From an uncultured delta proteobacterium (lineage in GTDB: Bacteria > Desulfobacterota > Desulfomonilia > UBA1062), in NCBI GenBank assembly GCA_963752595.1, contig CAVVYZ010000005.1:128001-192000 (forward strand): DNA of 64,000 nt, written 5' to 3'. Each line of letters begins with the position of its first letter. Position 1 is the first letter of the stretch. The notes beneath the pieces were generated by a model, which saw only the letters and a list, made by a program, of their open reading frames with translations, ran no database searches and had not been told where the DNA came from. The position numbers were made by a program, and so were the translations under genes. Below, one piece after another: positions 1 to 10,195 of the stretch.

Positions 1-1104
1 AGCCTGTCTGCAAGCCGGTACTGCATTTTCAGGAACAGCGGCAGCCTCGCCTCCAGGTCATACCGGGGAGACATGTTGTAGCATCCCCTGTGGTCCCTGC
101 GGTAGTCCAGGGCCTTCCTGCCCACGTGGAACGCCATGTCGAAAAGCTTTTCCTTGAGTGGGTTCTCCGACATCTTTTCCCGGAAGGCGATGTATATTTT
201 TTCATAGAGCCTGGGCACGCAGTTTATCCAGGTCGGGTTGTACTTCTGCATGTCTTGAAGGAGCGTGCCGGGCTTGTCCGCATAGGCAATGCATGCACCC
301 CGGCAGATGGCAAGCAGCTCGCAGGAGCCCCGCTCGAAGATATGGGAGAGGGGAAGGTAACACAAGGTTACATCCTCATGGGTGATCGTCATGCCGGAGC
401 GGGAAAAGAACTCGTTCACCCCTTCGATGCGGGACGAAATACACCGGTGCGTGAGGACGACGCCCTTGCCCTTGCCCGTGGTGCCCGACGTGTAGAGAAT
501 CGTGCACCAGTCATCCAGGGTCACGCCTTCCATTCGTTCGAGGAAGAGGGCGTGTTTTTCCTTTCTCCACTTCCTGCCCGTTTCCATAAGCTCCCAGAGC
601 CCTATGGTGCGTCCGTCACAGCGTTTGTAGGATAAATCCATGACGATAATCGTCTCGAGCTTGGGCAGCTTACTCTATCCCGGAGAGAACTTTCTGCAGG
701 TTTTCCTCGGAATCCACGAAGAGACAGCGGCTTTGAGAGTCGCTCAGGATATATGCTGTTTCACTTGCAGAGAGCGTCGGATAGATCGTCACGCTCACCC
801 CGGCGACAGAGGCGATGGCCATATCGGCCTGAGTCCAGTACGGGCTCGTCCGGGACATGAGGCCTACCCTGTCCTGGTGGTCGAGGCCCAGGCTTAAGAG
901 ACCGCACGCAATGCTCTCCACGCGCTCGCGCATCTCGTCGTAGGTGAAGCGGCCGTTGTTATCTCCCTGGTAGAGGCCTGCATTGAAACGCTGGGCGGGA
1001 CGGGACGGGTACCCTGCGCACGTCTGATAAAAATATTTAGGTATGGCCTGCAGGTCGTGATGGCGTTCCTTCATGAAGCGCTCCTTCGGAAGAGTGTTTT
1101 CCAT
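1..1104 (-). CDS. Long-chain fatty-acid--CoA ligase (AMP-dependent synthetase); runs off the window edge, frameshift near 670
   Basis: ORF 670..1104 gives the typical N-terminus (LGLDHQDRVGLMS, IYPTLS). The shifted frame continues KLPKLETIIVMD...ILYTSGTTGKGKGVVLTH, the AMP-binding motif. Confidence 0.9.
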
Positions 1105-1409
1105 CCTTGCGCTTCCTGTATACCAAAGGAGGCAGACTTATCAAGTAAAATGGCTTGGCGAGCGGGCAATGCATTTATTCAGAAGAAATATTACCATTCT
1201 AAAGGGCTCGTAGTACATTTTAACCTTGACATGGAGTGGAGGATTACTTATCGATGTTTACGAATACTTTTGGTATTTCTTGATGCTTTTAAGGGGTTGA
1301 TTGCAGGGCTGTTTGTCTGATCCACTCTTTTCTGCAGGGGCAATGGCAGGTATAATAGAGAGGTTGGAGAACATATGTCCTTGATATCCGGCAATGGACG
1401 GCTCATCCA

Positions 1410-4400
1410 TTGAAAAGAACAACTCCTGAAGGTACCTCTATACAAAATCAGGAACTGTTTCCGCACGTTCCGGGGAAAATACCGTCACCAGCATCCCATG
1501 CCGGAAAAGTAACGCTGAGGAAGACCGGCATCGATGTTCTGGGGGATATTCCCTGGGGGACGGATTCCTGCCAGTTCTACCAAACCCGTGAAGATCTGAC
1601 GGATATTCTCGTGCCCTACTTTTCAGAAGGGCTCAGGAACAATGAGTTCTGCATGTGGATCACCTCAGAGCCTTTGACGGAGTATCCTGCGAGGGAGGCA
1701 CTGCGAAAAGGGCTTCCCGATCTTGACCGTTACCTGGAAAAAGGCCAGCTCGAGATCATTCCGTATGCCGACTGGTACACCCCGGGAGGCGGTTTCGATT
1801 CAGAGAAGGTTCTGAACGGGTGGATAGACAGGTTGAACCGCGCTCTGGCTGAGGGTTATGAAGGCTTGAGACTGAGCGGTAACACATTATGGCTCGAGAA
1901 AGACAGGTGGGAAGACTTCAGGGCATACGAAGAAGAAGTTGACGATATAATTACCGGATACCGCATGATCGCACTGTGTACCTACCCTCTGGATATATGC
2001 GGAGCCCGGGAGATTCTCGATGTAGTCAAATATCATCATTGTGCCGTGGCAAAGCGGGAAGGATCGTGGGAACTGATCGAAAGCTCCAGGCACAAGACAG
2101 TGTGGAGCGCGCTCCAGGAAAGCGAACTGCACTACCGCTCCCTCTTTACCGCAATGGCGGAGGGGTTTGCCCTGCATGAGATCATATGCGATGAAAGAGG
2201 AGAACCCATAGACTACCGTTTCCTGGATATCAATCCGGCCTTTGAAAAAGAAACCGGGCTGAAGCGGGAAGATGTCGTCGGCAGGCTCAAGAGTGCCGTC
2301 CTGCCCGGTGACGATCCTGATTGGCTTCGTATCTACGGCAAGGTGGCCCTCACGGGCGAGCCGGTGCGCTTCGAGAACTATTCTTCTGCGCTGGGCCGGC
2401 ATTATGAGGTACACTCTTATAGCCCGGCCCCCCGCAGGTTCGCTACGGTGTTCACCGATATCACTCGCCGCAAACGGATAGAGCAGGACCTTCGGGAAAG
2501 TGAAGAATCACAGCGGGATACGAACAAACTGCTGACAGCGATCTTCAACAGCACGCATGCATTGATTGCCTGTATGGATACAGAGTTCAATTTTATCACG
2601 GTAAACAGTATGTACGCCCTTGCAGATAACCGTGAGCCCGGGTTCTTTGTCGGCAAGAACCATTTCGATCTGTATCCGAACACTGAAAATGAGGCCATAT
2701 TCCGCCGGGTCGCTGAAACGGGTGAACCATACTACATATTCGCCAAGCCCTTCGAATATGCAGGACGTCCTGAACGGGGTTCAAGCTACTGGAACTGGAG
2801 CCTGATCCCGGTCAAGGATGAACTGGGCAGCATCAAGATGATCGTTATGAGCCTCCTGGATGTTACCGCCCAGATCAAGGCCGAGCAGGATTTGTGGGAG
2901 AGCCGGGCAGAGCTTCAGAAAATGAATGACGGGCTTGAAGAACGGATCAATGAGCGAACGAAGGACCTGGGCCAAGCAGCTGAAATGCTGGAAGAGCAGA
3001 AGGAAGTCCTCCAGAGCATTATCGATAATATCCCGGTCATGCTGGCTTTCTACGACTCAGAAGGCAGGATAAGGCTGGTGAACAGTGAGTTCGAGCGGGT
3101 CCTCGGCTGGTCCATTGATGAGGCTCAGAGCATGGATCTCTTAGCTTCCTGCTGCCTTCAATCCAGTGACAGGGAAGTGTGGGACGGTATCCTGGAAGCG
3201 AAACCCGTCTGGAAAGATTTTGACATTGCCACTCGTTCCGGTTCAATCATTCACAGTTCCTGGGCCAATGTCCGTCTGTCCGACAGCTCCCTTATCGGGA
3301 TCGGAATCGATGTCAGCACCCGCAGGAGGATGGAACAGGACCTCCTGAGATTGGCTGCCGCCATAGGACAGGCAGGAGAAGGCATCGTGCTGTTCAGTCC
3401 CGAAGGGGTCATCGAATATGCCAATCCTGCGTATGAAATCTTGAGCGGGCACAAAATCGGCGAACTGATAGGCAAAAACACCTGTTCCTTTGCCCATGAA
3501 ATGAATGTCGATTACAAAGCGATATTCGACCGGGTCAAAACCGATGGGAAGACATGGATCGGCCGCAGGACGATAAAACGGTGCACCGGAGATGTCCTGG
3601 AAGCGAACATAAGCGTATCGCCGGTGCTCGGCGCAACGGGCGACATCATCAATTACGTAGCCGTAACACAGGACATCACCCAGGAGATATCGCTCCAGCG
3701 CCAGCTTTCCCAGACCCAGAAGATGGAAGCCATAGGCACCCTGGCAGGCGGTATTGCCCATGACCTGAAGAATATCTTCACGCCCATCCTGATCAATACC
3801 GAGATCGCCCTGGATGATATCGGCGAAGACAGTCCTGTCCGTCCGCTGCTGCGAGAGGTGCTCGAGGCGACCAGGCTCGGTGTCGATCTCGTAAGGCAGA
3901 TCGTTACCTTCAGCAGGCGAGCGCCTCTGATAAGAAAACAAGTTGTTGTCTCCTCGATCATCAAGGAAGGCTTGAGCTTTATCAGGGCAGCACTGCCTGC
4001 CACCATCGAGATTCGATACCAGCTCAAAAACACCAGGTCCATGATCCTGGCGGATCCGACCCAGATCAAGCAGGTAATGATCAATCTCGGCAGCAATGCA
4101 GCGTATGCCATGAGGGATAAGGGCGGAATCCTGGAGATCAATCTCGACAACGTAGACCTGGATACAGGAAGTGCTACCCAGGTATCTCCGGACCTGCCTC
4201 CGGGGTCTTACGTCCAGATCATGGTGCGTGACATGGGAACCGGGATGGACGAAAAGACCGCTGCCCGCGTTTTCGAGCCCTTCTTTACCACCAAGAAGGG
4301 CGAGGGAACGGGCATGGGCCTGGCTGTAGTGCACGGGATCGTCAAAGATCATCAGGGCGCGGTCACGGTCCGGAGCAAGCCCGGCAAAGGCACCACCTTT

Positions 4401-4451
4401 ACAGTGTACCTGCCGAAACTGCGGATAGAAAAGTCTGATTTCATGTTTTAA
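1410..4451 (+). CDS. MEDS-domain, multi-PAS sensor histidine kinase
   Basis: N-terminal MEDS signature (GIDVLGDIPWGT.CQFY, GLRLSGN, ALCTY), several PAS repeats, H-box EAIGTLAGGIAHDLKN, HATPase FEPFFTTK..GTGMGL. Start codon uncertain. Confidence 0.9.
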   Translation: MKRTTPEGTSIQNQELFPHVPGKIPSPASHAGKVTLRKTGIDVLGDIPWGTDSCQFYQTREDLTDILVPYFSEGLRNNEFCMWITSEPLTEYPAREALRKGLPDLDRYLEKGQLEIIPYADWYTPGGGFDSEKVLNGWIDRLNRALAEGYEGLRLSGNTLWLEKDRWEDFRAYEEEVDDIITGYRMIALCTYPLDICGAREILDVVKYHHCAVAKREGSWELIESSRHKTVWSALQESELHYRSLFTAMAEGFALHEIICDERGEPIDYRFLDINPAFEKETGLKREDVVGRLKSAVLPGDDPDWLRIYGKVALTGEPVRFENYSSALGRHYEVHSYSPAPRRFATVFTDITRRKRIEQDLRESEESQRDTNKLLTAIFNSTHALIACMDTEFNFITVNSMYALADNREPGFFVGKNHFDLYPNTENEAIFRRVAETGEPYYIFAKPFEYAGRPERGSSYWNWSLIPVKDELGSIKMIVMSLLDVTAQIKAEQDLWESRAELQKMNDGLEERINERTKDLGQAAEMLEEQKEVLQSIIDNIPVMLAFYDSEGRIRLVNSEFERVLGWSIDEAQSMDLLASCCLQSSDREVWDGILEAKPVWKDFDIATRSGSIIHSSWANVRLSDSSLIGIGIDVSTRRRMEQDLLRLAAAIGQAGEGIVLFSPEGVIEYANPAYEILSGHKIGELIGKNTCSFAHEMNVDYKAIFDRVKTDGKTWIGRRTIKRCTGDVLEANISVSPVLGATGDIINYVAVTQDITQEISLQRQLSQTQKMEAIGTLAGGIAHDLKNIFTPILINTEIALDDIGEDSPVRPLLREVLEATRLGVDLVRQIVTFSRRAPLIRKQVVVSSIIKEGLSFIRAALPATIEIRYQLKNTRSMILADPTQIKQVMINLGSNAAYAMRDKGGILEINLDNVDLDTGSATQVSPDLPPGSYVQIMVRDMGTGMDEKTAARVFEPFFTTKKGEGTGMGLAVVHGIVKDHQGAVTVRSKPGKGTTFTVYLPKLRIEKSDFMF

Positions 4452-4467
4452 GGCGCCGTCAGGTGCA

Positions 4468-5691
4468 TCAGGTGCACAGGCGGTTCCTGCCTTGTTTCTT
4501 TGCCCGGTACAGCGCCTTGTCGGCTGCCTTGATCACTTCCTGAGGCGTACGGTTTCTCTCGTCACGAAAGGCCATGCCGATGCTTATGGTCACGGAAACA
4601 CTTTTTATGGGGTTCCTGCTTTCCCTGATCCGTTTCGGTTTCTTCGGCGGACGCAGGCGCCTCCTGATGATGAAACCAGTTGATTCAATCTCCTGCCTGA
4701 GGTCTTCGAGATGCGACTTTGCATGGTCGGCATACCTGCCCGGGAAAATCACCGTGAATTCCTCGCCGCCGTAGCGGAAAGACTTCCCGCCTCCCGATAC
4801 CCGTGCAAGCTTCGTTGCCACCATGCGAAGCACCTGGTCACCCACGTCATGGCCGTAGGTGTCGTTGAACTGCTTGAAGTGGTCGATGTCCACCATGGCA
4901 AGGACATAGTGGTTCCCGAGCTTCAGAAGATCCTCTTTCAGTGCCCTTCGGGCAGGCAGGCCTGTGAGCTCGTCCCGGAACGCCATGGCATGGGAGGCCT
5001 CGATGATGGATACCAGGAGGATAAATCCCGCAACGGTAAAGTAAAACTCGCTCTCCATGCCGGGTTTTACGCTCAGCAGCGAAAAGAAAAGAATAAGGAG
5101 CGCCCAGAAGAATCCGCTTTCCTTGGCCCCCTGATTAATGAAGAATTTAATCCCCAGGATGAGAAAGGCCAGGATGAAGGCTATCAGCGCGGGCTGGGCA
5201 AGAGCCGTACGATCGAGGAGAGGCAGAGGTACGATATGCATCGTCAGGTACGCCAGCATGGGTTCGGAGTGGAGCCTGGCAAAGGCGGCCAGGGTGACCG
5301 GCAGGAGGATGATCAGCGATATGCGGAATATGCCGTGGAAGGTAAAGATGCCCCTCTCCTTCATGAGGCTTAAGATGACGAGATTGACCGGCAGGAGGAA
5401 TGCAATGGCATGAAAAACAATCTGACCTTTTACGCTTATGCCCGGCAGGTCTCTTACCGAGGCGATGAGCGCCCTGTCTGCGAATGCGAGTATGAGCACG
5501 GCAAAGACCAGAGAGCTGCGGTTGAACCGCCATCCGATCAGAGCAGCTGATGTGAACACCAGGTAGGGCGCAAAATCCATGATTGAAGGGATCACGTTCC
5601 TGAACGAGGATATGTTGACGATCAGCACGGCTGCACAAAAGAGAAAGCCGCCGGGCAGGAAAAACAAAGCACACCTCTTCATACCTTCCAC
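4468..5691 (-). CDS. Membrane-bound diguanylate cyclase (GGDEF domain)
   Basis: Hydrophobic N-terminal half; DELTGL, DIDHFKQFNDTYGHDVGD, RYGGEEF, ADKALYRAK. Confidence 0.92.
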   Translation of the reverse strand: MEGMKRCALFFLPGGFLFCAAVLIVNISSFRNVIPSIMDFAPYLVFTSAALIGWRFNRSSLVFAVLILAFADRALIASVRDLPGISVKGQIVFHAIAFLLPVNLVILSLMKERGIFTFHGIFRISLIILLPVTLAAFARLHSEPMLAYLTMHIVPLPLLDRTALAQPALIAFILAFLILGIKFFINQGAKESGFFWALLILFFSLLSVKPGMESEFYFTVAGFILLVSIIEASHAMAFRDELTGLPARRALKEDLLKLGNHYVLAMVDIDHFKQFNDTYGHDVGDQVLRMVATKLARVSGGGKSFRYGGEEFTVIFPGRYADHAKSHLEDLRQEIESTGFIIRRRLRPPKKPKRIRESRNPIKSVSVTISIGMAFRDERNRTPQEVIKAADKALYRAKKQGRNRLCT

Positions 5692-5754
5692 AGGAACCTC
5701 CCTGGCCTCTTATGGACCTTTGAGCGCATTGCCCCACCGATCCCCCTATGCATT

Positions 5755-5782
5755 CTAACGGCCATTGAGGAAGACAACTTGA
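5755..5782 (-). promoter_or_regulatory. Putative sigma28 (FliA) promoter of the GGDEF gene
   Basis: TCAA-N16-GCCGTTAG on the minus strand about 65 nt upstream of the start; same spacing as three other sites in the window. Confidence 0.45.
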
Positions 5783-5846
5783 AAGAGAAATCCCTGCCCC
5801 TTACTCGCAGTTCTCAAATCTTGCCGGAAATGATACAACCATCCCC

Positions 5847-6830
5847 ATGAAACCTGCCGGAGATCATGATGTTTTTTTCTACGAGGCCTTTGCCGAAGAA
5901 GGAGAGGCGCTTCTGAGGCATCTTCCAACGGGTGTCCGTGCCGGATTCACCCCCTTGACCATCCAGGAATCCGGCCATGAGCATCCCCCCTGCGCTTTCA
6001 TCAGCACCCGCACCCAGTCCGTGATCCCAATTTCCTGGGCCGGCGAATTGACAGCCGTCCTTACCCGCAGCACCGGCTTCGACCATGTGAAACGCTTCCA
6101 TGAGGCATCCGGCGCGTCCGTGCCCGCCGGATACCTGCCTCTGTACTGCAACCGCTCCGTTGCTGAACATGCCCTGCTCATGTGGATGGGGCTCCTGAGG
6201 AAATTGCCACGGCAGATGCGGCAATTCGGCTCCTTCGACCGTGACGGCCTTACCGGGGGAGAATGCAAAGGCAGGGCACTTCTCGTTGCGGGCGTAGGGA
6301 ATATCGGCTCGGAGATATGCCGGATCGGCGGTGCGCTCGGGATGGAAACGTTCGGCGTAGACATTGTCTGCAAACACCCCGATATCCACTACGTGAGCCT
6401 CGAAGAGGGCATACCGGGAGCCGACGTGATCGTCTGCGCCATGAACCTTACCCATGAGAACCGGGCATACTTCCGCTACGAACGCTTGAGCAAGGCGAAA
6501 CCAGGTGCGGTCTTTGTAAACATCGCCCGGGGAGAGCTCTCGCCGGCAAGAGACCTTATCCACCTCCTTGATGAACACCGCCTGGGGGGTGTGGGCCTCG
6601 ATGTATTCGAGAATGAAAGCGAGCTTGGCGTGAGCCTGAGGACCGGCGCTCCGGGTACTGACCCGGAGGTGCAGGCATGCCTTGAACTATTGGAGCGAGA
6701 AAACGTCATCCTCACGCCCCATAACGCGTTCAATACGGCGGAAGCACTGGAGAGGAAGGCCGGGCAGTCGGCAGAACAGACGGCACGCTTCCTGGCGAAA
6801 GGGTCCTTTATCTGGCAGGTTCCGCTATGA
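5847..6830 (+). CDS. D-isomer-specific 2-hydroxyacid dehydrogenase (D-lactate dehydrogenase-like)
   Basis: RSTGFDH, SVAEHA, GVGNIG, VNIARG, GLDVFENE and TPHNAF motifs. Confidence 0.9.
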   Translation: MKPAGDHDVFFYEAFAEEGEALLRHLPTGVRAGFTPLTIQESGHEHPPCAFISTRTQSVIPISWAGELTAVLTRSTGFDHVKRFHEASGASVPAGYLPLYCNRSVAEHALLMWMGLLRKLPRQMRQFGSFDRDGLTGGECKGRALLVAGVGNIGSEICRIGGALGMETFGVDIVCKHPDIHYVSLEEGIPGADVIVCAMNLTHENRAYFRYERLSKAKPGAVFVNIARGELSPARDLIHLLDEHRLGGVGLDVFENESELGVSLRTGAPGTDPEVQACLELLERENVILTPHNAFNTAEALERKAGQSAEQTARFLAKGSFIWQVPL

Positions 6831-7850
6831 AGGCAGGCGCTTCGCTCATATAGCCTGCCGAGAGGTGATAGATCACCTTGTCGTAGAGGAAGATGATCCG
6901 GTTGTTGAGCTCAAGAGTGATATAGATCTCCAAGGGTGAAGAGAGGATCTTTTTCTGGATGACATGCATCCAGATCCCCTTCCTGCTCAGCGCCATGGCA
7001 TTAAAGATATCCGGGAAATCGATGCCCAGACGCCTGATGTCCTTGCCCGTATCCTTGAACTTGAGGTATTCGAGCATGTCTCCCTTGCCCTGGAGGCCCT
7101 TGCGGATGCTTTTGAGCACCTTCCTGTTCACATCCAAGAGAAAATTCATGTGGATGGACAGCGCAGGGATCCCGGATCTCACCTCCCGGGCCCACTCGCT
7201 GGTTATCTCGTCCGCATTTTTCTCGATGAGTTTCACGAGAACGTTCGAAAGGAACGCTTTCTGCTCCGTGAGGCCGGGCGTAACCTCTCCCATGGAATGC
7301 ATCTCGGGGAAGAGCTGCCTGTATGAGTCTATCATGGCCCAAATATCCCGGTAGAACTCGGTATAGATCTTCAACGCCTTTTCATTGGAAGACCATGCAA
7401 GCGGCGGCAGTTCCAGGACCGGGAAGAACCTCGCATCCTCGGCATCGTCTCCCGGCGTGGGCGTGCCGCCGGTATGCCTCACTTCATACGTAACGATGGC
7501 AAGACTGCCGTAGTAATAGTTATCCACGGTATCGACATCCACGAGGCGCACGATCTCACCCTCGACGCAAGTCTCTTCCTTGAGCTCGCGGAGCGCGGCG
7601 TCCTTTACCTCTTCGTCGGCCTCGGCAAAGCCGATGGGCAGGCACCACATCCCCTTGTAGGGGATCTTTGCCCCGCTTGACGAGCAGTACCCCCCTGTCC
7701 TCATTCACCACGATGACTGCATGCAACGGGCAGCGGGTTTTCATAGAAGACACTGGAGCACTCCATGCAGAAATCCCGTATTTTGCCTTCCATGTGCCGC
7801 TGGACCACGGGCTCTCCGCAATATGGGCAATAGATCCTCTGTTTTCTCAT
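6808..7850 (-). CDS. Zn-ribbon NUDIX hydrolase fused to a C-terminal helical (RsbRD_N-like) domain; frameshifts near 7660-7720
   Basis: Stitched N-terminus MRKQRIYCPYCGE...CMEC..VFYENPLP; Nudix box GFAEADEEVKDAALRELKEET; C-terminal LIEKNADEITSEW...LELNNRIIFLYDKVIY. Confidence 0.8.
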
Positions 7851-7854
7851 TCCA

Positions 7855-8723
7855 TTAAAGACCTCTTTCCCGAGGCAGGCTGCATCGGAAATACCGCATC
7901 ATCCTTGGTAACGATGATCTCTCCGTGCAAACGTGCATGATCACACACCATCGCGTTGAAATACCATAGCATACTTCAAGTTTGTGGGGATAGTTTTCTG
8001 AAACGTCCTTCATAATGAGGTATCTCTTCTTATCGAGATAGCTGATGCATTCCATCACCCGGTCCAGCGGGAAGAGCAGATCGTTGAGATAAACGATCCG
8101 TTCCACACGGCCGAAGTACGGTGCAAGCTTCTCCTCGCCGTCCTCCAGGCAGAACGACTGGAAAAGCCTGTTGATGGCTATCTCCGAGGGCGGCTCTATC
8201 CCTACCATTTCCATGCATCTGGGGACGTACCTCGTCACTTCTTTCAGGGAATGCTTGCTGTGGGTGACGGTGAGGAAGATGCCGTCCGGCACTAGAGTCC
8301 GGGCAATTTCCCTGATAAGGTGCGGGAAGAAGTACAGGGAATAGCTTGCAATGACCAGGTCGAAGCTGAAATCAGGTTAATGTCCCTGATGAAATCCGCC
8401 TGGGCATGGATGAATTCCCCCTGATAGCAGACCGTATCCAGGGTCTGCAGGAAAGCATCCCGGTTATGCCGGTCCACGACATCGATGCCTACGATCCTTG
8501 CGCCCTCATGCAGCCTTCCTTTGAGCTTTTCCGTAAAAAAACCGTAGCCGCAGCCGATGTCAAGCACACGCTTGATGCGTGAGAGATCCAGGTCGTAAAG
8601 CGCCACCTCCCGGATGTCACGGTGGTTCAGGGCGTATTGCACGATGATGTGCTTCGTACGTATGTGATCCCTGATGGGCTCATAGGTATTGCGGATATCC
8701 TCGTGAGAGTACACATTTCCCAT
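7855..8723 (-). CDS. Class I SAM-dependent methyltransferase; frameshift(s) near 8300-8380
   Basis: VLDIGCGYGF and IVGID motifs in 8292..8723. The C-terminal part continues in ORF 7855..8292 (PDGIFL, FCLEDGEEKLAPYF). Confidence 0.8.
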
Positions 8724-8809
8724 ATCGACCCCTTCAGACGGACATACATATTACAATCATAAGATATGCCCTTGCCATATGCAAATTTTAATGTTTACTT
8801 ATCCAAGCT

Positions 8810-9817
8810 ATGGAGGATGCCATGGCCAAGCAAGATCTGTATCGTGAACTTTCGGAAAAATTATTAATGGAACATTCTACGGTACTGCCCAGGATCTGGA
8901 GCACGGTCTGCTCCGAGAATGAGGCGGAAATTGTCAATGCCCTGCCCGCTACCGCCGACGAACTGGCGGGAAAGTTCGGCTGCACAACCGATGAGATGCT
9001 CTCGATCCTGCAGGAGCTCTTCCACAGAGGTGCAGTTTTTGAGGCAATCAAAGGCGGCGTAACCACCTACCGGATGCCCCGGCACATGGTCCAGTTTCAC
9101 GATTCGACCATCCTGTGGGAAGAAGCACCGCAGGAGCTTATGGACCTCTGGGTCGAGTTCGACGAAACCGAATATCCCGGCCTGCTCGAGCTCGTCACCC
9201 AGATCAAGCTGCCGTCGTTCATGCGGGTGATCCCCGTCGGGGAGACCATTGCCACAAAGAACCAGGTCCTTGCCTACGAGGATGCTCTGAAAATGTTGGA
9301 GTCGGCGAACGCCCTAGCAGTCACCACCTGCGTCTGCCGCAAACTCATGAAAAAGTGCGACAAGCCGCTGGACGTATGCCTCCAGCTCAACCGCGGGGCG
9401 GAATACACCATCAAACGGGGAACGGGCAGAAAGATCGATCTCGATGAAGCAAAGCAGATCCTGAAGCGCTCGCAGGAGGCAGGCCTCGTCCATCTTACGG
9501 AGAATACCCCGGGGAGGTCGAACGTTCTCTGCAACTGCTGCAGCTGCTGCTGCGAGATGCTCCGGTTCGCCCACGACACGAAAACCAAGGGCGTGCTCGC
9601 CCCGAGCCGCTACCAGGCCCGACTCGGCAGTGATGCCTGCACCGGCTGCAGCCTCTGCGAGGACATCTGCCCATTGAATGCGATTTCTCTGGGATCGGAA
9701 GGCGTTGCGGAGATAAAAGCCGATTCCTGCATCGGCTGCGGCCTCTGCGCAACCGTATGCCCGGGCAATGCGATCAGCCTTGTCGAGATAAGACCCACAG
9801 ACTTTATCCCTGCGTAG
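8810..9817 (+). CDS. 4Fe-4S dicluster (ferredoxin) domain protein with additional Cys-rich motifs
   Basis: CVCR..C..C, CNCCSCCC, and two CxxCxxCxxxCP motifs (CTGCSLCEDICP, CIGCGLCATVCP). Confidence 0.88.
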   Translation: MEDAMAKQDLYRELSEKLLMEHSTVLPRIWSTVCSENEAEIVNALPATADELAGKFGCTTDEMLSILQELFHRGAVFEAIKGGVTTYRMPRHMVQFHDSTILWEEAPQELMDLWVEFDETEYPGLLELVTQIKLPSFMRVIPVGETIATKNQVLAYEDALKMLESANALAVTTCVCRKLMKKCDKPLDVCLQLNRGAEYTIKRGTGRKIDLDEAKQILKRSQEAGLVHLTENTPGRSNVLCNCCSCCCEMLRFAHDTKTKGVLAPSRYQARLGSDACTGCSLCEDICPLNAISLGSEGVAEIKADSCIGCGLCATVCPGNAISLVEIRPTDFIPA

Positions 9818-9859
9818 ATCGATAATACCCTTGGAAACGGGTAAAGCAATCCTGAGGAG

Positions 9860-10047
9860 AAGGGGAGCCAGGGGTTCCATGCTGACACGGCGTCGTTTTT
9901 TGATGCATCCAATCGGTTCGCTCAAAAGGCTGCCCCCGGAAACTCGCTCCGCTCAAACATCCGGGGTCAAGATGCCTTTTGCCCTTCACCGGGATGCATG
10001 AGCAAAAAAAGCCTGAATGTGTCCACATGGAACCCCTGGCTCGCCTT
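9860..10047. repeat. Nested palindromic element (REP/MITE-like long hairpin) between convergent genes
   Basis: 29-bp outer inverted repeat (9860-9888 / 10019-10047, 3 mismatches). Inner pairs: ATGCATCC/GGATGCAT, CAAAAGGC/GCCTTTTG, CCCCGGA/TCCGGGG. Loop AACTCGCTCCGCTCAAACA. Confidence 0.8.
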
Positions 10048-10195
10048 TGAGCCTTTCTGGGACGGCACGAATGTACTTGTGATGGATGCCAACGCTCTCC
10101 CGTGTCACTCCCGAATCACTTCATCCGTTCTGCCCTGCAACCTTTCGTCAGCATCATTCCCTTATACGAGTACTTCTCGGAAGTGATTCTATATT

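Noticed and set aside
9860-10047. The nested palindrome as an integron attC site
   Set aside because: It has no RYYYAAC/GTTRRRY ends, the flanking genes are convergent rather than a cassette array, and no integrase is present.
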